Shown here in pieces: positions 28,638-38,305 of a stretch of 64,000 nt of DNA (its first letter is position 1; each line of letters begins with the position of its first letter). The position numbers and the translations under genes were made by a program. The stretch lies in NCBI GenBank assembly GCA_024405635.1, contig JAKSOL010000006.1, forward strand, positions 46,136-110,135, in the 5' to 3' direction. This stretch comes from Salinivirgaceae bacterium. GTDB lineage: Bacteria > Bacteroidota > Bacteroidia > Bacteroidales > SZUA-534. Below the pieces are notes generated by a model. It was not told the DNA's origin. It saw only the letters and a list, made by a program, of their open reading frames with translations, and made no database searches.

Positions 28638-30587
28638 TTACAAAAAGCTAAACTCACGACCTAAACGCATCATTTGATCGGTATAGTTTTCGGTGTAATC
28701 AACGGCCACATCAACCCAATTATTGCCTTCCATTACTTTTGAAAGCACTGGATTTACAAATCCTCCGTAAGGTGCAAGGTTTAGTTTACGATAGCGCTCC
28801 AACACTTCGGCATGTAGTTGTTGGTCAATTTTAACTGCGTATGTTTCAACCAAATTTTTTCCAGCATCATAATCACCTTCGGACTTAATGCGCTGAATTT
28901 CAGCAAGTAATTTACCAAACAACGAGCGTAGTTTAGTGTAATCGTTAATTGCTGTGTAAGTTTTGCCGTTAACCTTTTTCAGTTCAATTACGTTATCGGC
29001 TTGGCCATGTTCAAAGCACCATTTGGCAATGAGTTGGCGGTTGCGCATGTGCGATTCTTCAAGATCTTTTCCCAATTCAATGCGAACCAACTGCCCCATA
29101 AGTCCGTTGCGGATATAGCTGTCGTATTCTGCTTTGTAAGCTTCAGAGTCGGGTAGCAAACCAAGTTCAACTATTTTGTTATCAGCAATATAGTACAGAG
29201 CGAACAAATCGGCACGAGCCTCTTCAAGAGTTGAACTATAGTTTTTAAGCGCCTCGCCACTCACTCCAGGTAGCAGTTGACCAGAACCATGACCAAGACA
29301 TTCGTGCAAATCGGTGTGAAGGTTGCTTGCTTGGTATCCATACTTGCGAGTGCGAGCAATAACTTCATCATCGCAGCAAAATTCAGCAAGCGAGCCGCTA
29401 CCAAGGCTTGCGCGGTCGTATGCGTAGGTTATGTTTTCAATTGTAACCGATTTTGAACCATGCTCTTTGCGAATCCAATCGGCGTTTGGCAAGTTTATGC
29501 CAATTGGTGTTGATGGATAACAGTCGCCACCAAGTTGAACCATTGTTATAACCTTGGCTGTCACGCCTTTAACCTGTGCTTTCTTAAAGTTTTGGTTTAT
29601 GGGTGCATTGTCTTCAAACCACTGTGCATTTTGGCTTATTACTTCGGTTCGGTGGGTGGCTTTAAGGTCTTTAAAATTCACTACCGATTCCCATGTTGCT
29701 TTAGTTCCAAGTGGGTCGCCATAAACTTCAATAAAGCCGTTTACAAAATCAACGCGCGAATCTAAATCTTTGACCCACAATATATTGTATTCGTCCCAAG
29801 CAACAAGACTACCAGTTTTATAATACTCAATTAGTTTTTCAATTGTTTTGCGTTGATGTTCGTTTTCGGCAAATTGTTCTGCTTCAGTTAACCATTTGAT
29901 AATCTGCTCAATAGCTGCACTATATTTGCCACCTACACAATAAACTTCTTCGCAAATTTTACCATCAATCTTAACTAAACGGCTATTTAGTCCTATTGAA
30001 AGAGGACGTTCAGCATCGGGTTGTGGTTGTGCTGCATTGTATTGTTCAACTTCGGTTTGCGACACTCCTTTGTAAAAATTGCAAGCCGAAGTGCTAACCA
30101 AATCGGCATCACCACTTAGGTTTACGCGTTTTTGATTGGTTGTATGGTCATAAATTATATCGGTTATGCGTTGAGCAAACTGAATTGCATTTTCACCCTT
30201 TTGAGCAGGCATTTTGCTAAAATCAGAACAAACAATCAGTTCTTTGAACTCCGATTGCTCAATATCGGGGAAAAATTTGTCGGTACTGTAATGGTGATGT
30301 ATTCCGTTGCTGAACCAAACTCGCTTGGCATAGGTCAAAAATCCTTGATACTGATTGCTTGAACGGTCGGCTGTGCATGTTTCAACAACAGCATCAATAG
30401 TTTTTCTAATGCTGAGATTGTGCTCAAAAAACTGGTCAAACAAAATGTCGCGACCACAGTTTGCTGCTTGACTTAAGCAGTATAGCAATTTGCGTTGTTG
30501 CGCAGTAAGTGTTTCAAATTCAGGAATTTGATAGCGCATAATTTTTATGTCGGCAAATCGGTCAATTACGTATTCAAAATTTGACAT
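28638..30587 (-). CDS. Dipeptidyl-peptidase III (M49)
   Basis: HECLGH (HExxGH) and EEARAD motifs. Confidence 0.95.
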   Translation of the reverse strand: MSNFEYVIDRFADIKIMRYQIPEFETLTAQQRKLLYCLSQAANCGRDILFDQFFEHNLSIRKTIDAVVETCTADRSSNQYQGFLTYAKRVWFSNGIHHHYSTDKFFPDIEQSEFKELIVCSDFSKMPAQKGENAIQFAQRITDIIYDHTTNQKRVNLSGDADLVSTSACNFYKGVSQTEVEQYNAAQPQPDAERPLSIGLNSRLVKIDGKICEEVYCVGGKYSAAIEQIIKWLTEAEQFAENEHQRKTIEKLIEYYKTGSLVAWDEYNILWVKDLDSRVDFVNGFIEVYGDPLGTKATWESVVNFKDLKATHRTEVISQNAQWFEDNAPINQNFKKAQVKGVTAKVITMVQLGGDCYPSTPIGINLPNADWIRKEHGSKSVTIENITYAYDRASLGSGSLAEFCCDDEVIARTRKYGYQASNLHTDLHECLGHGSGQLLPGVSGEALKNYSSTLEEARADLFALYYIADNKIVELGLLPDSEAYKAEYDSYIRNGLMGQLVRIELGKDLEESHMRNRQLIAKWCFEHGQADNVIELKKVNGKTYTAINDYTKLRSLFGKLLAEIQRIKSEGDYDAGKNLVETYAVKIDQQLHAEVLERYRKLNLAPYGGFVNPVLSKVMEGNNWVDVAVDYTENYTDQMMRLGREFSFL

Positions 30588-30650
30588 GGTATATTGTTTT
30601 AGTTATTTACATTAAATGTTGATTTTTAGATACTTATAGTGGTTTTTGGT

Positions 30651-31670
30651 TTATTTATAAAAGTTCTTTACAAATCCAGTAGTATCAAATTGTTGTTTTA
30701 AAATCAGTCGGCACCAAACTGCTTTAACAAATCCCATTCCGTATCCACACAATTGCACCCAAGCCGCAGGAACGGATTTTATGCCAACCAAAAAACCATT
30801 GCGTGCGGTTGAGTCGGCAAGAATCAGTAATGAAAACAACAACTGTGGAACGATGCACAACAAGCTGAACATTAAGCTTTTAAAGGTTATTGAAACAGCC
30901 AAACAAACTATTAGAAACACATTGCCTAAAAAGAAAGCTGCAGGCAAAGTATGAACAAGTTTTAACGACCCTTTGTGGCGCACATTTAAGTTGATGCGGG
31001 CGCAACCCGAATTAAATACCTGGCGATAGAATTTGCGCAAATCGGTGCGGCGTTTATGGTAAACAAAAGCATCTTTAATCAACTTGGTTGACAAACCAGC
31101 TTCCAATATTCGAAGTGTGAGGTCAATGTCTTCGCCAAAACGCATGGTAGAGTAGCCGCCAGTTTTTGCAAACGCATCTTTGGCAATTCCCATATTGAAA
31201 CTGCGAGGGTGAAATTTTCCTGCTTTTTCGCTACCACCTCTAATTCCGCCAGTGGTTAAAAACGATGTCATTGCGTACCCTATGGCTTTTTGTGTAACGG
31301 TAAAGTTGGGAAGAGTGGCATCGGGGCCACCAAAAGCATCAACATATTCTTTTTCAAGCGATTGCAACACTATCTCGATGTAGTTTTGGGGAATAATGCA
31401 GTCGGAGTCGAAAAAGATGAGATAATTGCCGCTTGCGCGTTCTGCTCCATAATTACGGGTTTGGCCTGGTCCTGAATTGTCTTTGTAAAAGTATTTAACG
31501 TTCAATTTGTTAGCATAACCATTTACAATGTCTTCGCTTTTGTTGGTTGACCCATCTTCAACTACAATCACCTCAAAATTCTTATTTGTTTGATTAACAA
31601 GACTTTGTAGCAATTCGTCAATTTCTTGCGGTCTGTTGTAAAGTGGGACTATAATTGAAATCTGAATCAT
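30651..31670 (-). CDS. Glycosyltransferase family 2
   Basis: IIVPLYNR, VEDGS, FFDSDC, GEDIDL; C-terminal TM segments. Confidence 0.92.
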   Translation of the reverse strand: MIQISIIVPLYNRPQEIDELLQSLVNQTNKNFEVIVVEDGSTNKSEDIVNGYANKLNVKYFYKDNSGPGQTRNYGAERASGNYLIFFDSDCIIPQNYIEIVLQSLEKEYVDAFGGPDATLPNFTVTQKAIGYAMTSFLTTGGIRGGSEKAGKFHPRSFNMGIAKDAFAKTGGYSTMRFGEDIDLTLRILEAGLSTKLIKDAFVYHKRRTDLRKFYRQVFNSGCARINLNVRHKGSLKLVHTLPAAFFLGNVFLIVCLAVSITFKSLMFSLLCIVPQLLFSLLILADSTARNGFLVGIKSVPAAWVQLCGYGMGFVKAVWCRLILKQQFDTTGFVKNFYK

Positions 31671-31688
31671 GGTTGTTTTTTAATTAAC

Positions 31689-33689
31689 TTACTTACTTGC
31701 CAATATTTTTTGGAGTTCAAACATCTCGTCGCGTAAACGCGCAGCCTCTGCAAATTCCATTTTTTCAGCAGCTTTTTCCATTTGTCGTTTTGTTTTTTCA
31801 ATGGCTTTATGCAGTTGGTCTTTGGTCATGTAGCCCACAACTGGGTCGGCAGCTATACTTGGACTTTCAGGCTCTTCGTAATATTGTTTGTTAGGCTCGG
31901 CATTGAGCGTATTGTGCTTGTTTTTAACAATTTGGGTTGGAGTTATTCCATTTTCTTCGTTATAACGAATTTGTTTTTCGCGTCGACGGTTGGTTTCGTC
32001 AATAGTTCTTTGCATCGAGTCGGTAATAGTATCGGCATACATAATCACCATTCCGTTTACGTTACGAGCAGCACGTCCTGCAGTTTGGGTAAGCGAACGT
32101 GTATCGCGCAAAAAACCTTCTTTATCGGCATCAAGAATAGCAACTAACGAAACTTCGGGAAGGTCCAAACCTTCGCGCAAAAGGTTAACTCCAACAAGCA
32201 CATCAAACAGCCCATTTCGCAAGTCCTCTAGTATTTGCACACGGTCAAGTGTCGAAACATCGCTGTGAATGTAGTTTGAACGTATGCCCATTTTTGTAAG
32301 ATATTTCTGAAGCTCTTCTGCCATGCGTTTGGTTAGGGTAGTAACCAAAATTCGTTCGTCTTTGGCGGCGCGAATGTTTATTTCGGCTATTAAATCGTCA
32401 ATTTGGTTCAAACTTGGGCGTACATCAATTTTAGGATCTAGCAAACCTGTTGGACGTATAACCTGATCGACTACAATGCCTCCGCTTTTAACAAGTTCAT
32501 ATTCGGCAGGAGTGGCGCTAACGTAAACCATTTGGTCGGTTAATGCTTCAAACTCGTCGAATTTTAGCGGACGGTTATCAAGCGCAGCAGGTAAACGGAA
32601 ACCATATTCAACCAAGTTCTCTTTGCGTGCTCTATCGCCTCCAAACATTGCACGTATTTGCGGAACGGTTACGTGACTTTCATCAATTACAGTTACAAAA
32701 TCTTTTGGGAAATAGTCGAGTAGGCAGAAAGGGCGCGAACCTGCCGCTCGGCCATCAAAGTAGCGCGAATAGTTTTCAACACCAGGACAATAGCCAATCT
32801 CTTTAATCATTTCCATGTCGTAGTTTACGCGTTCTTCAAGGCGTTTTGCTTCAAGCGTACGGCTACATTCACGCAAATCGTTTAGTCGCAAAGTAAGGTC
32901 GTCTTGTATTTGGCTAATTGCCTTGTGAATGCGTTCTTGTGTGGTTACAAACATGTTGGCTGGATAGATGTTAATTTGGTCTATTCGGTCAAGAATGTTG
33001 CCACTCACAGGGTCAATCATCATTAGTTCGTCAATGTCGTCGCCCCAAAACGATACGCGGCAAGCTGTGTCGCCGTAAGCCATAAACACATCAACCGAAT
33101 CGCCCCGAACACGGAATGTACCACGCTCAAAAGCCACTTCGTTTCGAAAATAGAGCGCATCGACTAAACGGCGCAAAAAGTTGTTGCGACCAATGGAATC
33201 GCCAACCTTTAAAGCTATGCTGTTGCTATAAAAATCCTCGGGATTGCCAATGCCATACAAGCACGATACCGACGAAATAACAATAACATCGCGGCGGCCC
33301 GACAATAATGCCGAGGTGGCACTTAATCGCAGTTTTTCAATCTCGTCGTTTATTGCCAAATCTTTTTCAATGTATGTGTCGGTTACTGGCAAATAGGCTT
33401 CGGGCTGATAGTAATCGTAGTACGAAACAAAGTACTCAACTGCGTTATCGGGAAAAAACGATTTGAACTCTTGATAAAGTTGAGCCGCCAACGTTTTGTT
33501 GTGACTCAAAATAAGAGCAGGGCGTTGCACACGCTCAAGCATATTGGCAATGGTAAACGTTTTTCCAGAGCCAGTTACACCAAGCAAAGTTTGATGCTGA
33601 ACGCCATCAAGTATGCCTTGTGCCAGTTCGTCAATTGCGTGAGGCTGGTCGCCTGTGGGTTTATATGGCGATACTAATTTTAGGTTCAT
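31689..33689 (-). CDS. uvrB: Excinuclease ABC subunit B
   Basis: LGVTGSGKT, YYDYYQPEAY, IDESH, C-terminal UVR domain. Confidence 0.98.
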   Translation of the reverse strand: MNLKLVSPYKPTGDQPHAIDELAQGILDGVQHQTLLGVTGSGKTFTIANMLERVQRPALILSHNKTLAAQLYQEFKSFFPDNAVEYFVSYYDYYQPEAYLPVTDTYIEKDLAINDEIEKLRLSATSALLSGRRDVIVISSVSCLYGIGNPEDFYSNSIALKVGDSIGRNNFLRRLVDALYFRNEVAFERGTFRVRGDSVDVFMAYGDTACRVSFWGDDIDELMMIDPVSGNILDRIDQINIYPANMFVTTQERIHKAISQIQDDLTLRLNDLRECSRTLEAKRLEERVNYDMEMIKEIGYCPGVENYSRYFDGRAAGSRPFCLLDYFPKDFVTVIDESHVTVPQIRAMFGGDRARKENLVEYGFRLPAALDNRPLKFDEFEALTDQMVYVSATPAEYELVKSGGIVVDQVIRPTGLLDPKIDVRPSLNQIDDLIAEINIRAAKDERILVTTLTKRMAEELQKYLTKMGIRSNYIHSDVSTLDRVQILEDLRNGLFDVLVGVNLLREGLDLPEVSLVAILDADKEGFLRDTRSLTQTAGRAARNVNGMVIMYADTITDSMQRTIDETNRRREKQIRYNEENGITPTQIVKNKHNTLNAEPNKQYYEEPESPSIAADPVVGYMTKDQLHKAIEKTKRQMEKAAEKMEFAEAARLRDEMFELQKILASK

Positions 33690-34699
33690 TTGCAGAATAT
33701 CATATAAACGGGAAAATGATCGCTAACACCGCCTTTGTAGCTATTGCCAACGTATGTTCGTGAAGGAACATTTGCTCCGCTTTTGTCGGCAAAGCAAATC
33801 CATTCAGGAGTATGTATAAATCCTTCGTCGCCATAAAGCCTGAAACCACTTTTGCATGTTGTAAGGTTGCGGCTAACAATCAAATTGTCGAGCATCGAAA
33901 AATCGTTTTGGTAGAAATATGTTCCCCAGTCGTTAACTTCAAACTGATACATAATGTTTACCAAATCGCTTTGAGCACTTATCTCTTTAGCGCCAAGTAT
34001 TTTGTACGGACTGTCGTTTGCTGGTTCATCGTTAAAGTCGCCCATAATAAGCACATTTGCATCTTTGTTTATAGCAAAAAGCGAGTCAACCGAATGGCGT
34101 AGAGTAGCGGCACAGCGTTCGCGTTTGGGTTGCGATTCAAGCATTCCTCCAATGCGCGACGACCAATGGTTTACAAAAAGATGCAAAGTATCGGTTCCAC
34201 ATAATCCTTTAACATACAAAATGTTGCGTGTAGGTTTGCCCGATTTGAGCACAACACGAATCGATTTGTGGCTGATGTAATTGAATGTTTTTGGATTGTA
34301 AAGCAAACCGCAATCAATGCCACGCGGATCGGGCCCTTCGTCAAGAATGGCTTTGTAACCAGCTTTTGCCAATGCAGATTGGGCTGCAAGGTCGTTTAGT
34401 ACGTTAATGTTTTCGGCCTCAATAATGCCAACCACATCGGGTAAACTTTTGGGGCAGATGCTGCTGATAACTTTTGCTACATCGGCCAATTTTTTATTGT
34501 AACGCTCGGTTGTCCATTTGTACTTTCCATTTGGTGTAAAATCCGAATCTTGTTTTCCTGCAACGTCAATCGTATCAAACAGATTTTCAACATTATAACT
34601 TGCAACAGTAAAGTATCGTTTCGATTTCCATCGGCTTGGTTGAGCAATTAAAACAACCGTAGTAAAAATGGCAATGCAAACAAGTGTAGTCTTTTTCAT
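33686..34699 (-). CDS. Secreted endonuclease/exonuclease/phosphatase family protein
   Basis: YNVENLFD, NHWSSR, MGDFND, SDHFPV; signal peptide. Confidence 0.9.
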   Translation of the reverse strand: MKKTTLVCIAIFTTVVLIAQPSRWKSKRYFTVASYNVENLFDTIDVAGKQDSDFTPNGKYKWTTERYNKKLADVAKVISSICPKSLPDVVGIIEAENINVLNDLAAQSALAKAGYKAILDEGPDPRGIDCGLLYNPKTFNYISHKSIRVVLKSGKPTRNILYVKGLCGTDTLHLFVNHWSSRIGGMLESQPKRERCAATLRHSVDSLFAINKDANVLIMGDFNDEPANDSPYKILGAKEISAQSDLVNIMYQFEVNDWGTYFYQNDFSMLDNLIVSRNLTTCKSGFRLYGDEGFIHTPEWICFADKSGANVPSRTYVGNSYKGGVSDHFPVYMIFCK

Positions 34700-34826
34700 A
34701 GTTCAGCTTTTAACAAACCGCAAATCTACTATTTTTTGACCGTGTTTAGGGCGCATTTTCCACCTTATGACGTTTGTAAAAACATTATTTTTGCCAACAA
34801 TGTATCAATCAAATTATCAATTGAAT

Positions 34827-35456
34827 ATGAAAAAACAGCTATTCTTTTTAATGGCAATTGCATCGGTAATGATTACTAGTTGCCAAAGTAAAACTAACGA
34901 GCAACCAACAACCGAACAAGTTGTGGTTGACAATATTATGGCTCGCCGCAGTGTTCGACAATACAAACAAGAGCCAGTTAAGCGCGAGCAAATGGAAACA
35001 ATAGTAAAATGTGGCATTAACGCTCCAAATGCTATGAACAAGCAGGCTTGGGAAGTGCGCGTGTTAGATAACAAGGCCGATATTGATAGCATCAGTAAAA
35101 TTTATTTGGCAGCCAATCCTCGTTATGCTGCCGAATCAACTTTCCGCAACATGTTTCGCAATGCACCTACTGTTGCATTTTTAGCCGCACCTGCAAACCC
35201 AAATTTTATGGAGGTAATAAACATTGGTCTTATGGCCGAAAACATGATGCTAGCTGCACAATCAATGGGCATTGGCACATGTTGCTTGGGCGGCCCGGTT
35301 TATTTCCTTAACGATAATCCTGATGCCAAATTCTTTATCAACAAACTCAACTTTAGTGCCGACTACCAATTGGTGCTAGTTTTAGCGTTTGGTTATCCCG
35401 ACGAAAATCCCGGAGCTAAACCTCGCGACGAAAGCAAAGTGATATTCATTGACTAA
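34827..35456 (+). CDS. Nitroreductase family lipoprotein
   Basis: RRSVRQY, APNAMNKQAW, AQSMGIGTC; lipobox ITS-C. Start moved to the ATG at 34827. Confidence 0.88.
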   Translation: MKKQLFFLMAIASVMITSCQSKTNEQPTTEQVVVDNIMARRSVRQYKQEPVKREQMETIVKCGINAPNAMNKQAWEVRVLDNKADIDSISKIYLAANPRYAAESTFRNMFRNAPTVAFLAAPANPNFMEVINIGLMAENMMLAAQSMGIGTCCLGGPVYFLNDNPDAKFFINKLNFSADYQLVLVLAFGYPDENPGAKPRDESKVIFID

Positions 35457-35462
35457 CAAAAT

Positions 35463-35492
35463 AAAGGGTTGACAAAACGTCGGCCCTTTTTT
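35463..35492 (+). terminator. Terminator after the nitroreductase gene
   Basis: AAAGGGTTGAC-AAAAC-GTCGGCCCTTTTTT. Confidence 0.75.
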
Positions 35493-35604
35493 GTTTAAAC
35501 TCACCAACGGACAGCATTATACTTAGTGCATGTCCGTTTTTATTATTTTTACGCCCAAAATTTAAGGTTACATCAACCTTGCTTCACTTTTTGATATATT
35601 TCTT

Positions 35605-37071
35605 ATGAGACGATACTTTCTTGTTGATTATGAGAATGTTCCGGGCGGAATAGTTGGAATAAACCAACTAGAAAAAACCGATACCGTTTGCATATTTTAT
35701 AGCGAAAAATCGAAACAAAGCTTGCCTATGATTGACACCAAAGCAGCCATTGAGTCAATTTTGGTAAAAACCATAGGAACAGGCAACACATACGCTAGCC
35801 AAGCTCTTGATTTTCAACTTGCAACCTACCTGGGTTCTATGGCAGTAAAACGTTCAAATCCACAAGTGTACGTTGTATCGCGCGACACTGGTTTTGACTT
35901 TGTTTGCTCGTTTTGGAAAGAGCGAAGCGTATCGGCCGAACGCGTTACATCGATATTAAAAGTTGTTGACCCAAATTCAGAAAGTTCAGGTTTGCTTTTG
36001 CCAGAAAATGCCGAGCAAGCCATTGCAACAATACGCAACATACAATCAATGGTGTTTGATGTTGTTGCCGATAAAGTGATAGCCTATCGCATTGTGGAAT
36101 TACTATTGGTTGAACATAGCGACACAATTCTTGGTGCAACTAACAAGTATTTAGCCAAAACAATGCACTCTAACGAAAAAGTGCAAAGCTTGTTTAATCA
36201 ACTTAAACCTTTGTTGCTGAAACTGCAAAGCGGTGGCCATGTGTTGCCCAAAACTAAACTCGCAGCAAACGTTGATTTAGCCTTGTTTGACGAAATTTAC
36301 GCCATAACAAACAACCGCGCAATGGCTTGCATGATTCTCGACTGCATTGAGCAAAAACTTGGTCGTCAAGAAATTAACCTGATGCTTACACGCTATTTGC
36401 GCGACCCTGAAAAAATGAAGGTATTGCACACAACCCTAAAACCAATACTTGTTGCTCATTGCCCTAAAAATTCAACAAATAAAGCCGAACAACTTGTGCA
36501 AAAAGCCGAAAAAGAAGTAGGCGAGTCTGTTGAAAAAACATCAACCAACAAAAAAAAGAAAAACCAACCCAACAATCAAAAAACCAAAGCGCAAACTGAA
36601 CCAAAAACTAAAGCCAAATCAAAGGCAAAAACCAAGGCCGAAACAAAAGAGCAACCCGAACCTAAGACCAAAATAACTCCACGCTATACCGAGTCGCACA
36701 CCAACATTGACGAACTGCGCAACCAAATTGAAACCATTACCGCAAATAGCAACTTTGCAAGCCAAATTGCACCACAATTGCTTGATGCCGAAAATTGGGG
36801 AGACCCAACGTTTGAAAAATTTGCAAAAGCAATGCGAATTAAACTCACAAACAACCCAAATCTACCTAATTTGTACCACCAAATGCAAAAAGCCATTTCC
36901 GACGAGTTTTTGGCTTATTTAATTACATGCTTAGCCGATGCAAATATTTCATATAGTGATATTTACGGTTATGTATTTAGTTATAAACGCACCAATTCCG
37001 AGTCGGGTATGGCATACCAAAAAGTTAAAAACTTTTTACGCCAATTTTTTGCAAAAATCGAAGCTAAATAA
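35605..37071 (+). CDS. PIN/NYN-like nuclease domain protein with repeated helical C-terminal modules
   Basis: FLVDYEN, ALDFQL and VSRDTGFD carry the acidic PIN residues (D8, D69, D94, D98). About 60-aa helical repeats follow. Confidence 0.75.
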   Translation: MRRYFLVDYENVPGGIVGINQLEKTDTVCIFYSEKSKQSLPMIDTKAAIESILVKTIGTGNTYASQALDFQLATYLGSMAVKRSNPQVYVVSRDTGFDFVCSFWKERSVSAERVTSILKVVDPNSESSGLLLPENAEQAIATIRNIQSMVFDVVADKVIAYRIVELLLVEHSDTILGATNKYLAKTMHSNEKVQSLFNQLKPLLLKLQSGGHVLPKTKLAANVDLALFDEIYAITNNRAMACMILDCIEQKLGRQEINLMLTRYLRDPEKMKVLHTTLKPILVAHCPKNSTNKAEQLVQKAEKEVGESVEKTSTNKKKKNQPNNQKTKAQTEPKTKAKSKAKTKAETKEQPEPKTKITPRYTESHTNIDELRNQIETITANSNFASQIAPQLLDAENWGDPTFEKFAKAMRIKLTNNPNLPNLYHQMQKAISDEFLAYLITCLADANISYSDIYGYVFSYKRTNSESGMAYQKVKNFLRQFFAKIEAK

Positions 37072-37188
37072 TTGTAATTCAAAACATTATTCAATAGGGT
37101 AGTGCTCAACCCACAACACTTTATGAACACACCAAAAATGGCACGTTTTTTTGCCTAATTTTACACCGCATTAAAAGTCTGAAACACA

Positions 37189-38232
37189 ATGATTAGCAAA
37201 TACATTAAACGGATTATTGAGACCGAACTTAAAGACAACAATAAAGTTCGAGTTATTATCCCAACATTTGGTGCACTTTTGGTCGATGGTGATACTAATG
37301 GAATTAAAGATATTCGCTTTAATTCATATCTAAAATGGCCCGATGGCGTCATTGTTAACGAAATGATTAAGAACGGTGATGTAAAACAAAGTTCAGAAGG
37401 CCAAACCATTATCAATAAATTTATTGAAGAAGTAAAACAAACAACCAATAAAGGTGAAGCTTATCCAATTGCCGATTTGGGCTATTTTACACGCAATCAG
37501 CAAGATTTGGTGTTTGTAGTTGGCGAAATGCCAAAAAACAATGCAACCGAAAATGTTGCTGAAGAAACACCCAAAACTGAGCAACCATTACAAGCAGAAG
37601 ACTCAGAACAAGCAGAGCAACAAATTGAAATAGAGCCTATGCTTGAACCCGAGCCAGAAGAGACAACCGAACAAAAATCGGAGCCAGCAGAAACAACTTC
37701 TACCACAAAAAAAGAAACAACAACAATTACAAATAACTATCAGAAAATGGAAATTAAAACAAAATCAAACGTTGGCAAAATAGCGGTTATTGTTGCCATA
37801 GTAGTAATTCTTGTAGCAACTGCATGGGCTGTTTACAGTTTCGGATTGCTAAACAATCTTTTCAAATCAAAAACTGAACCAGCTCCAGTTCAAGAAGTTG
37901 TGGTTGATACAATGCCAGCAATTGACACTGTTGCTGTTGATTCGGTTGAAGTTGTTGATGTTGAAGAGGAAGTGGCAGTTGAAGAACCTACACAAATCGA
38001 CCCAAATGCTCGCATGTTCTATGTAGTTGCTGGTAGTTTTATGGAGGCTAAATATGCCGAGGCTTATAGCCAAAAATTATCTTCTGAAGGCTTTACAACT
38101 CGTGTAGTTGTAGGTCGCAGCGGTTTCAACTATGTTACACTTGGTGCATTTGAAACTCGCCCAGAAGCCGTTTCAATGATGCGCGAACAACGCAACCAGT
38201 TTGCTGAGCAACTTTGGATTCTTTATAAATAA
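37189..38232 (+). CDS. HU-like (CCDC81-type) / TM / SPOR domain protein
   Basis: N-terminal VIIPTFGA and YPIADLGYF HU-like repeats, one TM helix, C-terminal FYVVAGSF...SPOR. Confidence 0.8.
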   Translation: MISKYIKRIIETELKDNNKVRVIIPTFGALLVDGDTNGIKDIRFNSYLKWPDGVIVNEMIKNGDVKQSSEGQTIINKFIEEVKQTTNKGEAYPIADLGYFTRNQQDLVFVVGEMPKNNATENVAEETPKTEQPLQAEDSEQAEQQIEIEPMLEPEPEETTEQKSEPAETTSTTKKETTTITNNYQKMEIKTKSNVGKIAVIVAIVVILVATAWAVYSFGLLNNLFKSKTEPAPVQEVVVDTMPAIDTVAVDSVEVVDVEEEVAVEEPTQIDPNARMFYVVAGSFMEAKYAEAYSQKLSSEGFTTRVVVGRSGFNYVTLGAFETRPEAVSMMREQRNQFAEQLWILYK

Positions 38233-38250
38233 ACAACCAAAAGCAAAAAC

Positions 38251-38281
38251 AAAAGGCTGCTTGCTTTGCGGGCGGCCTTTT
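38251..38281 (+). terminator. Terminator after the SPOR gene
   Basis: AAAAGGCTGCTTGC-TTT-GCGGGCGGCCTTTT. Confidence 0.7.
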
Positions 38282-38305
38282 CGTTTATAATAACGACTAC
38301 TCATT

